Positions 51,201 through 61,970 of a DNA stretch of 64,000 bases are shown here, piece after piece. Location of the stretch: positions 124,001 to 188,000 of the forward strand of contig JALDZX010000024.1 in the NCBI GenBank assembly GCA_022813865.1, in the 5' to 3' direction. A program made the position numbers and the translations under genes. Position 1 is the first letter of the stretch; each line of letters begins with the position of its first letter. Under the pieces are notes generated by a model. That model saw only the letters and a program-made list of their open reading frames with translations. It searched no databases and was not told the origin of the DNA. The stretch is from Xylographa opegraphella. Taxonomy: Eukaryota.

Positions 51201-52071
51201 GAAGGAGCTAGAGGAGCGGAAGGCCAGAAGGCAGCTGAATGATAAGGCTGCTACTGAGGCAAGGAAAGCCAAAATCAGAGAGCTGAGAGAGAGAAAGGCG
51301 CGAGAGGATGAAGAACGAGAGGGCAGGAAGCGGAGTCAAGAAGTCAGAGATGGAGGAGAAGAGGGTGTGCTCGAAGAACTCGACGAAGCACCTCGAGATC
51401 TTGACCCACAGCCTACAGAGCGACGTAGCAAGCACCGGTCAAGGAATGCCGAGGATTCTACGTCTCGTCCAAGATCAGATCGTCGTCGCTCACATCTGGA
51501 TGGACCTCTACCTACACGCACAGCCACCGAAGAGGCTGACCGTCGCGCCAGACGCGAAGATCGACGATCCCGCCGTACTCCGACCGAAAAGCCAAGCAAT
51601 ACTCGTCGTAAATCAGCTCCGGTGCAAGACTATTTTGACCCTCGAAATGCATCGAAAGGTACCCCTGCCGGTGGTGATCCATACCTTACGACAAATGGAG
51701 CCAATGATCACACTTCGAGCTGGGTCAATAGCCAAATTATTGAACCACCTCCTCCACCACCAATCGAGCCCACCGTCATCGAGCCTCCACCTATTCTTGG
51801 GGATGGAGTTGGATTCGATGATGACGACGAGGGGATCAGACGGTCAAAGCGGAAGTCTTCACGCCGACGCTCCAAGTATCTGGATGCAGCGGTGGAGGGT
51901 GTCGACGACACAAAACGGCGCAGGGAGAGGCGCGAGAAGGAGCCCAGCAGTGAAGGCAGTGCCGGTGACCGGTATGCACGGCGTAAGAGCGACTACGCAT
52001 CACCAAGGGCAGTGAATACCGATGCGGGCGGGAAGCGAGCGAGCTGGTTCAAGAAGATCACGAACTTGTAA
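45271..52071 (+). CDS. Very large (~2140-2200 aa) low-complexity Lys/Asp/Ser-rich hypothetical protein
   Basis: ORFs at 45271, 45642 and 46474 join in frame via introns 45472-45617 and 46356-46410. The first exon is less certain (alternative ATG 45870). Confidence 0.8.
48861..48927 (+). repeat. 18-nt coding tandem repeat (KAREEE-like, ~4 copies)
   Basis: AAAGCCAGGGAGGAAGAA repeated with minor variation. Confidence 0.85.
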
Positions 52072-52944
52072 TTCGTCGAATGGGCTCAGGGGAAGAGGAA
52101 CTCGGTTGTTGACCAGAAATTTTTTCTCAGAGTGCATATTTACAAAAGTTTGCGGTCAGGTAGCATTGCATCGGGATATTGTTTGGAACCCTGCATCGGG
52201 TGATCTGTGCGTTGTCTCACCAGAGCGAATTTCTCAATTGTCTTGCATTTTTCCGAGGATGGCAGTCGGGGCGGGGGAACGGGATGGTGATTCTCTTCGC
52301 ATTTTCTGAGATACCCTTCGCGGCGAGCCTGAGGGCTTTTTGGGGGGGTGTGTTGGGTTTCGTGTGGGTGGCTTGGCGGAAGGTTTTTAATTTTTTTCGA
52401 ATGTTGTTGTGGAGGGGAATCTGTTTTAATCTAATTCACTCGTTCAGAAGCAGACGATGAAGATGCAGAAGAAGAAATCAAAAGTGTCGTATCGACGTGC
52501 TTGCTGTGAATCTCATGCTGCGCGAACCGTGATTGTGGAATATGTCGAATTTGGCCAGATATGTTCCGCTTCCCTTTCGTCTTCGAGGTGGCAAGCGAAA
52601 TACTTCTTATACTTCATCCGGCCAAGGACGAGATGGTTATGCTCCGCTGGGCGATGCGTATATTTACGGACCGAGGAATTCTCAGAAGCGTCCGTACAGT
52701 AACCAGCTATTTGCAAGACAGTCAACATTAGATGTTCAACTGATAGCTATATGATATGTGCTATACATCGTTCAGACCGATCCCGCCCGGTATCTAATGC
52801 AATCCATACGTGTCATGCCCAAAACCCAGCAAAAGAGCTCCCTCCAGCACCGAGTAAATGCAACGCTTCCTCGAACCCGCATAAGATATCCACTCCCCCC
52901 AACCCCCCGCAACTCCAGCCTTTTTGAGCAGAACAGCGTCTCCA

Positions 52945-54147
52945 CTAGTCCTTCTCCAGATCCTTGGGACTCGGGTCCCCAATGCCGTCGGCGTTGATGG
53001 CGAACAGACAGTCGCTCTCCGGGAGACACGGACTGTCGTAGATCTTGCATATCCTCGTCTCTCCCCTCCCCTTTTTCAAGCTCAGCCTGGTGGTGCTGGC
53101 GTGTGCGATGATGTTGCCACCTATCGGCTTCTTCGGGTCGGGATTGAACATCGCACTCGGTCCACCGTCTACCTGCGCCACCACCTGGTTTGTGATTACC
53201 ACCGCAATGCCGAACTCGTCTGCGAGACGCTGCAACGTCCGCATGAACTTGGCCAGGTGCGTCTGCCGGGACGATAATTCGCCTCGGCCAGCAAAGTCAG
53301 TGCGGTATAATGACGTTGCGGAGTCGACGATCAGCAGCGAGAATCGTGTCTCGCACATCATCTGGCTGGCCTGGTTGAGTAGCTGCAGCTGATGGTCGGA
53401 ATTGTACGCTCTGGCGTATGCCACATTGTCAAGAACCTCTTCACCCGCCAAGCCGTATCTTTGCGCCACAGCCAGGCAGCGCGCGGGCCGAAATGTGCCT
53501 TCGGTGTCAATGTACAGGCATTTGCCTTCACCGCCGCCCATATCGAAGGGCAGCTGACAGGTGACGGCAAGGGTATGGCAGATTTGGGATTTGCCGGTGC
53601 GGAATTCGCCGAAGATCTCAGTTATGGAGCCGGTTTCGATGCCGCCGGCCAGAAGCGTGTCGAGCTGTTTGGAGCCGGTGGTGATGGATATGAGTTCGGA
53701 ACGACGTTGATGCATTTCGGTGGCGGTTGTGAAGCCCATGGGGACAATCTTGCAGGCTGAAGAGAATGCGTGAGCTGCAGCACTCCAGCAATCGTACTAT
53801 GACGCACCTTCGAGCAGAACTTTCGTTGCCTTCTGCTCCGATATGCCTTTGATCTGTTCGAGTACTCTTTTGGGTCTGCGCCTTCATTTAGCATCAATCC
53901 CGCCTTATCGCTGTCTCGAACCCACGTATATGCTACCGATTCCACCGTGTTGAAACCACCCTCGATGATGAGCCCAATATCTCGCTTTGTCAGTCCATTG
54001 ACTCCCTAGCACTGTATCAGTAAGTCCTAGACCAAGGAGTAATTTCGAATGTACCTCAAGAGCCGAGAGTGGAGTAGGTGCGCCAGGTCCGCCAGGTGCC
54101 GAATCTTCGTATCCCGCCTGGGACTCGTCCGCTTCAACGGCGCTCAT
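52945..54147 (-). CDS. RAD51: DNA recombinase Rad51, 4 exons
   Basis: GEFRTGKSQ Walker A, LLIVDS Walker [35 protein letters not shown]. Confidence 0.98.
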
Positions 54148-54269
54148 TGTGACAGAACGAGGAGAACTCCGGAGTATTGGGGCAGAATGCGGTGAACGAA
54201 GGGGCAGATAGATATGCTTGAGGTTGTCGCTGTAAAGTGGCAAATACTTCCACGAGGTGTAGTGTGAGA

Positions 54270-54306
54270 ACGCGTTGTGGAGATAACAATCGCGAAATCA
54301 CATGAT
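54270..54306. promoter_or_regulatory. MCB (ACGCGT), SCB-like (CGCGAAA) and E-box (TCACATGA) cluster upstream of RAD51
   Basis: ACGCGT at 54270, CGCGAAA at 54291 and TCACATGA at 54298, 120-160 bp upstream of the ATG. RAD51 is an MBF target in budding yeast. Confidence 0.5.
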
Positions 54307-54865
54307 CACTTTATCCTACACCACAACAATGTCCAATGGCATGTTTGGAGCTTCGCCCAAGGATACGAACACCATCATGAAGACACACTGACATTTAGCA
54401 TACTACGCTTCATCGCAAGTCACACCACAAGCTCAAAGTTGCACACCTCACTGGGAAACACCATGGCATTGTAGGCTTTATGCAATTAAAAAGCACTAGA
54501 TTTGCTCTACACGACCAGCCAAATGATCAAACTATGTGTCGAGTAGGTTGGTATTAAGTGGGCGGTCAACAAGTCCCGAGCTCGATGCAAGCTATGTCTT
54601 CTATCTATTGAAACAAGTTCTGCATGAGCGCCAAGCGATGGGTGTGATAAGCCATGGCTCCTCGAGTGAGGATAGGCCGTGCGAAGCGAGAAGCAAAGCA
54701 AAGCCAGTACACAAATCGGTGAAGGTCTCCACCATTCCCTTGTGTGCAGCGAGGCAGGCTTGTAAGACCATATATACAACGCCATGCTGGTGGCAGAGCT
54801 AACGCGTGGCAACTGCTGTGTGATGTAGCGCCGCCTCTGTATTTCGCCGGAAATCAAGGACGTGG

Positions 54866-56470
54866 TCAAGTTGAGCGCTTGAGTTGTCCATACAGGCTTG
54901 GACAATCCTCAGCCAACTGCGACTTTCTCCCTGTGGTTGACTCGGATTGGGTTTTCCGATGAGACTTCTGTACTGGTTTTTGAGTGCGGATACTGGTACT
55001 GTCGCTGCTGTTCTTGCGTGTCCCGAGCGTGCCGGGTCGCAGAACTTCGAAACCCGAATTGACTTTGCGCATGACATCTTGCTGCCTCAGCTGTCTGTTG
55101 GCATCAGTGCTTCGCAAAGGGTGCCCTTTCTCTGCTGTGTCATCTCTTCCAACATCATTGAGAAGTGGAAGCGTATGCCGCTTCGCATCAAGTGATTCTG
55201 AGTCGAGGAAGCTCTGAAAGATAGGTGGATTTCCGATCGTAGAGACAATGGTAGAACGATTGGCGGTCTTGAAGTATTCCTTCGACGATCCAGAGACCTG
55301 CTTGGGGCTGTCATCGGCGTTATATTCTTTGTCACTGGAGCTTGACATCAAGGATGTCCAATCTCCGCTTCCACCGTTGCTGACTTGAATGCGAGGCAGA
55401 ATCTGACCGATCTCCGCTGCGTGGGAGCGACGATGACTGGCGAGAGAATCCATATCCCCTATACTATGTCGAGAGAATGGTGCTTGATCAATAGTGCTTT
55501 GAAATATCGAAGAAGAGTAGACAGAGGAAGACGTGGACATATGACCCAAGCGTTGTGGTGTGTAATAGGGCAGATTTCTATCAGAATCGAGAGACGTTCG
55601 TGAGGTATGCTGAGTCTTGCGCTGTTCTATTGACATAGTATAGGTATCAGTATCAGCTAAGCCATTTTAGTAACCCATTCAAGTGCTCTTGTTTCTGACT
55701 TACCATAGGAGCTCAACGCTGATCCTTCTTGTTGGTGGTCCTTCTCATCCGGAACTGTAAGACTGTCGAATATGTCTCCGCTGCTGAACCGAAGGTGCGA
55801 GGATTGCCTTGGCTGGTAACTGGGTCGGATACGAATCTTGATAGTGTCTGGAGATACACCACCCAGACTTGAAAACCTGTCTGCAGCAATACTCTTCTCG
55901 TGCTGTCTATTTGGCGACCGCGAAGGTGAGGTAGAACTGCTTCCAGGTCGCCCTGAATATGGGGACATCGGCTGAGGCATAACCAGCTTTGGTATTGAGG
56001 TCGTGTTCTGAGCATATGGCTCACTTTGAGTAGGGCTTGTGTCTCCAATGGGAGATGATACAGGACTTCCTTGATTGCTTGATACTGGTGTATTAGATCT
56101 TGAAATCCAGACACCTTCCACTTCAATGCCGTTCTCGATGGCACGAACGCCGAATGGTATATCTGGCGCCCCAGTTGCCGGAACGGACGAGGCCTGTTGC
56201 ATTTGTTGCTCTTCAACCTGGCTGGCTGCGATAGCTGTATGCCTCCGAAGCTCAAAGTGCTTGTAGATCAGCTTAACACAGCCGGCGATAATTGTAAGAA
56301 CCTTGACCCGTTAGCTGTGCATTTCAGTACAGTCGTTCAGAATGCTTTACAATACCGCAAGCCAGCACCTAAGATCAATTAGCTCGAGGATCATATCAGG
56401 AGGAGTGGTATTAACGTACAAAGCATAGCTTCTCCCATAGCGCCCACGAGCTGAAGAAGCTAGTAGCCAT
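54866..56470 (-). CDS. Conserved fungal hypothetical protein: N-terminal transmembrane segment plus disordered Ser-rich tail
   Basis: Spliced MATSFFSSWALWEKLCF|VLACGI|VLTIIAGC... (18-nt microexon), then DIPFGVRAIENGIEVEGVWISRSNTP; joins ORFs 55657-56202 and 54866-55636. Confidence 0.78.
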
Positions 56471-57956
56471 CGCACGGGTATCACCACAAGACTGGCAACT
56501 CAATGCATGGCCAAAGGAGGCAGAAAGAAAGGTGGATTATCCTTAAGGTATGAAAGAATGAACGTGTGACGATGGGCTAGAAAAAGGTCCGAGGTCAGGA
56601 GATCGTAGAGGGGTTAAGTGTGAAGGTCGCGTCCAGTCAAAGTGACTGTTTCTTCACCACTTAAAGACGCGACTCAAATAATCGCGGCTGCGCCTTCTCT
56701 GCCGTTAACCGTTTGACCTTAGGGTTAGCTATGAACCTCAGGCTCCAAAGCATATCTGAGTGACGCTTCCGAGGAACGACAATCTGTTATGTTTTACTGA
56801 CTTGGAAGCTTCGCATCATGATAATGTGAACCTAATACTAATTGGAAGTGATTGAGAAAGCCATCTCCAATGGAACACTGCAATCTTGATCAAGTTAAGA
56901 CAGCATGGGAAGATAAAGGAGAGGAAACTGCTGAGAAATATGTATTCAATCGGAAATGTCCATACGTTTCTCCTACTGCAGCGCATTCACGATTACATCA
57001 ACGGAATGAAAAAGTTTATGTGCATCGGGCGCATGGCTGCATACATCATGTAGGATATATGTACGTTTGCTGCAGCCGCATCGGACTGAAACTGGCTGGT
57101 TGGAGCCCACTGCATTATATCTTGGGCAACGAAATACCGGGACGGAGAGACGCGGCCCTCTTCCAGTGTCCCTGGTTCGGAGTGGGGAGGTGTCGCCACA
57201 GGCCCAATCCTTCACTTGCGCACCATTCACCCTGCCCATGTCAGTACACGAGAAGGCAAGGAGGCCTAGCTTCCAAGGCTAGCAGACAAGGACATCCAGG
57301 GCCGACGGTGATGAGATGGCCTTGTCTCACGCAACATGCCAGAAGCCTGCAGAATGCATGCTCTTTGGAGTCAACAAGGAAAAATGCCCATCAATTAACT
57401 TCATGATCAGAGAGCGTCGTCAATGAAGAGGGAGATCTCCCACAAGAGGCTAAGAAAACCAAGGGGCTTCGGAGTTCTATCGGCCCGACCACGCCGCTTG
57501 ACGGTCCAGAAGATCGTCACTTCGTGGAAGGAGCCTCACATAATCCAGAACATCTATGCAAGAATGGTATAACCTATGACTGGTTGACACTGTTATTAAG
57601 AGGTTTCAGGTCACAGGAATTGCTGCAGCTGATGGATTATGAACGATCAACAGTGCCCGGCTTGTATAGGATATGTAATGCGACAAGGCGTAGAAACCTC
57701 TGACAAGGCAAGGGGAATGCCTCATGGTGGCCGACCACTAAATATAAGATCAGCTGTGGAGCCTAGAATAAAATATTCCCTATAAATCGTCCGTGATTTA
57801 TGTTACCATTCTTCACTCATAAATGAATACCTGCAATGGCACCACAGGATGTGAGGATCTTATACTCCAACGACAATTCTAAGCTTGGTGCTGATCCATT
57901 GATAGATCTCCGACGGTGCTCCTCTACAGTCATGGTTGGAAAATCGTATCACTGGG

Positions 57957-58928
57957 ATGTCGCTGGACGCAGCCGGATTGGTCGCGCTGGCCGATCTTAA
58001 GATAATCGAAGAACGCACTGCCCTCACTGGATCATCAACGTACCTCGATACGTTTGTACTCTGCCCTGGTATGCATCGTCAACAACACGCAACCGGATTG
58101 AACTTTTCCGAGTTTCCTGCTGTAGCTGCTTTGACCTCTGGCTACGTGTTCCGGGTCGAGAATCCGGCTACTGTTTTCTTCCTCCAAAAAATTGGCAAAA
58201 CTGGCCATCTGGTTAACGCGGAGGTGTTACAAGTATCGAGTACTAAATCTGTGTTGACGCAATTTCGAAGTGCTTGGTGGTCTCCAAACCCGTCCTTTGC
58301 ATCGTCAACATCATATTTGGCTACAGTTTCTCTGACCATGTTGGCTATTGGGTTCATGATATTGATAGGCGATTGGTGGGCATTGGCATTTCTGACAACT
58401 TTAATGCTTTCACGTTCCTGCAACATCGTTATTGTGCGCAGACGAAGTCAGGTCGGTTGGAAAGGCGCTCCAGAACCTGGTGTAAAGGGAGATTTGCTTG
58501 TGCTGCTGAGCCAGGATCGCTGGATAAGAATGAAAGGGAATGTTGATGATCTAAAGGCTGTTCTCTCCGGACAGTGGATGCGAGATATGACCTTTACCGA
58601 GCGCTCAATGGCAGCGATCGCTACGATGCTGGTGTATATTGACGCTGCACTAGCCAGTAACGCGCAACAAACCGGCAAGATCGTCCTGATGGTACTGCTT
58701 CTGGTTTCAGCCGGTTTGCTAAGTTTTAGCAATGACCAAATAAAGACATTGCAGATGTTTAGCCATTCTATCAGAGCCGTAGGTCCGGCAAAGGCGTACA
58801 AACGACGCCGAGACCTTGCGGACGAACTCATCAAAGAGACCGGGCGGGAAGATTGGGCAGTCCGGCTGGGAATGATCAATACGGGTTCTGGCTCCAAAAC
58901 TGATCAAGGTGTACAGGTCATGATGTAG
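57957..58928 (+). CDS. Hypothetical multi-pass membrane protein
   Basis: ~323-aa ORF with four hydrophobic segments and GAPEPGVKGDLLVLLSQDRWIRM. A short upstream exon from ATG 57836 is possible. Confidence 0.75.
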   Translation: MSLDAAGLVALADLKIIEERTALTGSSTYLDTFVLCPGMHRQQHATGLNFSEFPAVAALTSGYVFRVENPATVFFLQKIGKTGHLVNAEVLQVSSTKSVLTQFRSAWWSPNPSFASSTSYLATVSLTMLAIGFMILIGDWWALAFLTTLMLSRSCNIVIVRRRSQVGWKGAPEPGVKGDLLVLLSQDRWIRMKGNVDDLKAVLSGQWMRDMTFTERSMAAIATMLVYIDAALASNAQQTGKIVLMVLLLVSAGLLSFSNDQIKTLQMFSHSIRAVGPAKAYKRRRDLADELIKETGREDWAVRLGMINTGSGSKTDQGVQVMM

Positions 58929-59202
58929 ATCGGTCTGTTAAAGTTAGAACTGTTTGAATCGATGAATGACCGCATGAAGCGAATTGACGTAACAAGCGAG
59001 CCCTAGCTCGACGGAGTGGACAATCACGGTTCTTTTCTATAGACACATTGAAAACTTTCTATGATCAATATATTCGGATTCGCGCAGAGAGGTTACAGTG
59101 TACTTACAATCGCAACGAAAGTCTCACTTCACCCAAGCACTTCCTCTACCCTCCTTCCTCCATCCACATCAAGCTTCCCGTCTCCACTCCCGTGCCTTTA
59201 CC

Positions 59203-60097
59203 ATGTCCTCCTCTGCCCAATCCCCGAAAATCCGGCGTATCTCGCCTCTTTCCGCCTCGGAAGCTAAATGGACCCAGCTCAATAAGATCGAATGGACGGA
59301 CCAGACAGGTCGCGAGCGCATCTGGGAGGCCGCCTCGCGCAAGACCCGCGGCAAAACGGGCATCGACGCCGTCGCCATCGCGCCCATCCTGCGGCACCCC
59401 TCGCGGCCGGCGTCCACGCTGTTGATCCTGCAGTATAGACCGCCGGTGCAGGCAATGTGCGTCGAGTTCCCGGCCGGCTTGATCGACGAGGGGGAGAGCC
59501 CGGAGCAGGCGGCCGTGAGGGAGCTGAAGGAGGAGACCGGGTATGAGGGGAAGGTGCTGGACTGTAGCCCGACGATTGTGGCGGATCCGGGGTTGACGGA
59601 TGCGAATATGCAGGTTGGTGGTTTTTGTTTTTTTCCTTTTTGCCGATTTGAATGAAGACTGAAGAATGTTGAAGAGGATGACTCATTTGCTACTGTTTTC
59701 CTGGGCGTCTCATGGGGATTGAACTACTACTTGAGAGGACGTGCTTATTCTTGCGTAGATGGTCACGATAGAGGTCAACCTCAAAGAAGGCGACAAGGAG
59801 CCGGAGCAGCACCTCGACGAGGGCGAGCATATTCAAAGAGTCATAGTGCCATTGACAGAACTCTACGACAAGTTGCAAGGTAGGTCTTCCTCTTCAATTC
59901 TTCCTTTGCCCCTTTCGAAGCAAAGGCCGACTGGGCGGAACAGCATTCTCTAAAGAAGAAGGCAAGATTGTCGATGCCAGGTAAGTTCTCCTCTCAGTCC
60001 ATTCTCTATAAAGTAAAGAAGAGGCTAAGCTAGGAGTAGATTGTATCACTGGTCGCTTGGGCTTCACTGGAGCAAGCAATTGGGCATGAGCGGCTGA
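59203..60097 (+). CDS. YSA1: Nudix hydrolase, ADP-ribose pyrophosphatase (Ysa1/NUDT5-like), 4 exons
   Basis: Nudix box GLIDEGESPEQAAVRELKEETGY; QYRPPV, EFPAGLID, VDARLY. Confidence 0.88.
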
Positions 60098-60674
60098 CCT
60101 GAGTGCCGAGAAGATTATGCCGCGAATGAATATCTGCTCGATTGGTGCTTGGCATTTTGGGCGTATGGGCTCCATCAGGGGCGGACACTGCATTTGCTGT
60201 AGTGCTGCGGGAGGAGTGTATGACTAGCAGCCCGGAGGGTCTCGCTCCTGAGGATGACGACTTTTCAGAAGTGGGAGGATATGGCAGATAGTTCATTCGA
60301 GGCACGATTGCCATAAACGGCTGCGATATTGGCAATTATCTGCGGGGATAGTGTGTATAGTTAATGCTTGAAGTCTAAAACCCAAATGCGCTTGAGGTAA
60401 TAAAATTGTCATTGTTCAAAGTACTGACAATCTGTGTGGCAATGCTCATTAGTTCTTATTCATTATATATTATAGGCCTGAAGGCCTTCCTATAGCGATA
60501 GTGATTTGGCTCATGCGGCTCTCCGCTGCTTGCCCGTGGCAGCTGCCTCCCATGATTACCTGATGCCGGTTTCGATAGCATCTAAAACATAATATTTACA
60601 ATCGTCTCTCGTCCTTTCATAGTACCATAATGCAAATCCGCATCTCGCCGAATGGTCGATCTCTTTAGGTTCGA

Positions 60675-61629
60675 TCACCTAGTCACTCCATCATCAGCTC
60701 CTCTGGCTACATGTGGTGTTGCCTTGTTTGGAAGCGGTGTCGTGCCATTCGGGTTCGCCCCGTTGATATTGCTAAGTTCGGAACCTTGTCCGCTTTGTCC
60801 TCGCTTTCTACCTGGGATATGGAATTTATGGCTGGAATTTGGTCTTGAGGTATCTTCACTCGTCACTGAGTCGCCGGAGTGCTCAAAGCGGGAGAAGATA
60901 CCCCGTCTTTTGGGCTTAACATCATCGTTCAATCCCACTTCTTCAAACCCTTCTTCGTCGGTTGGTTGTGGACGCTCGAATCGACCTGAACCATTGATCG
61001 CGGACCTTGGCGTGCGTGGACTTCTTGAGTCAAGGCTCTGTCGGGTGGAGGGGGTTTCCGAATAAGAAATTGGCGAGCGGGCTGAAATATCCTAAGGAAT
61101 GAACTTCAGCATTGTGAGGTTAGATGGAGTCTTGGCTATCCTCACAAATGATCGTCGGTAAGAATCAAACGACTCGCGCGATATAGAGAAGGGTTCGTTT
61201 TCGCTCAACGCGCTCCTATGGGATGAGGTGGTAGTGGATGTAGGAGTTCTTCTCCAAAAGCTCTTCTTGTCTGGTGGTGAGGGCTGATACATGAATGTCA
61301 GTTGAGTTAAGCCAGTTTATTGGGAGAAACATACTGGCAAGTATACTCCGCTATCATTGACCACTGCACAGAGCGAATATTAGTCAAGACAACCTCTTTT
61401 TTGAATTAACAGGTAAGAAAAGCATACCACTAAGCTTGAACTCATTAGGCTCTTCCTTGTTGGGTTTGATACTCAAAGCTGACGATGTCCTCGAGCCTGA
61501 AAGGTGATTACTTCGTGAATTGTCCTCTGCTCCGTTGGTTGCCGTTGCGAGAGGGCTCTCATCTTGACTGATGGGAGTCCCGCTGACGGGTGGAACTTTT
61601 CGACCGAACGGATTACGGAACGGAGGCAT
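60675..61629 (-). CDS. Conserved fungal hypothetical Ser-rich protein, 4 exons
   Basis: Spliced MPPFRNPFGRK...FKLSVVNDSGVYLPPSPPDKKSFW...ENEPFSISRESFDSYRRSFDISARSPI...FEEVGLNDD. Confidence 0.8.
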
Positions 61630-61970
61630 AACGAAAGTTCCACACCACAGTTGAGAATATAACCAGAATTTTGTTGTGCAATGCTGAGAATAAAATGCGA
61701 CTGTGGAAATGCGTGTAAAGTCAACAGTGCTAATTCTATGCGACAACCGCCAGCAACTGATCTCAACAGTCAGCGTCGGGGAATTGACTTATATGACGTT
61801 ACACATGGCCTCGGGCAGGTACGATTCCGGGGTCACTGGACCCTTTTCGGCTAACGCCCCGCTAGGGAAGCCCTATCGATACGGGGACATTTTGAAAAGT
61901 CGCTAAATTTTCGTTAAGCTTGAAACCGGCAGTGCATATATACCTATTGATCGATTGACGCCCAACAATT

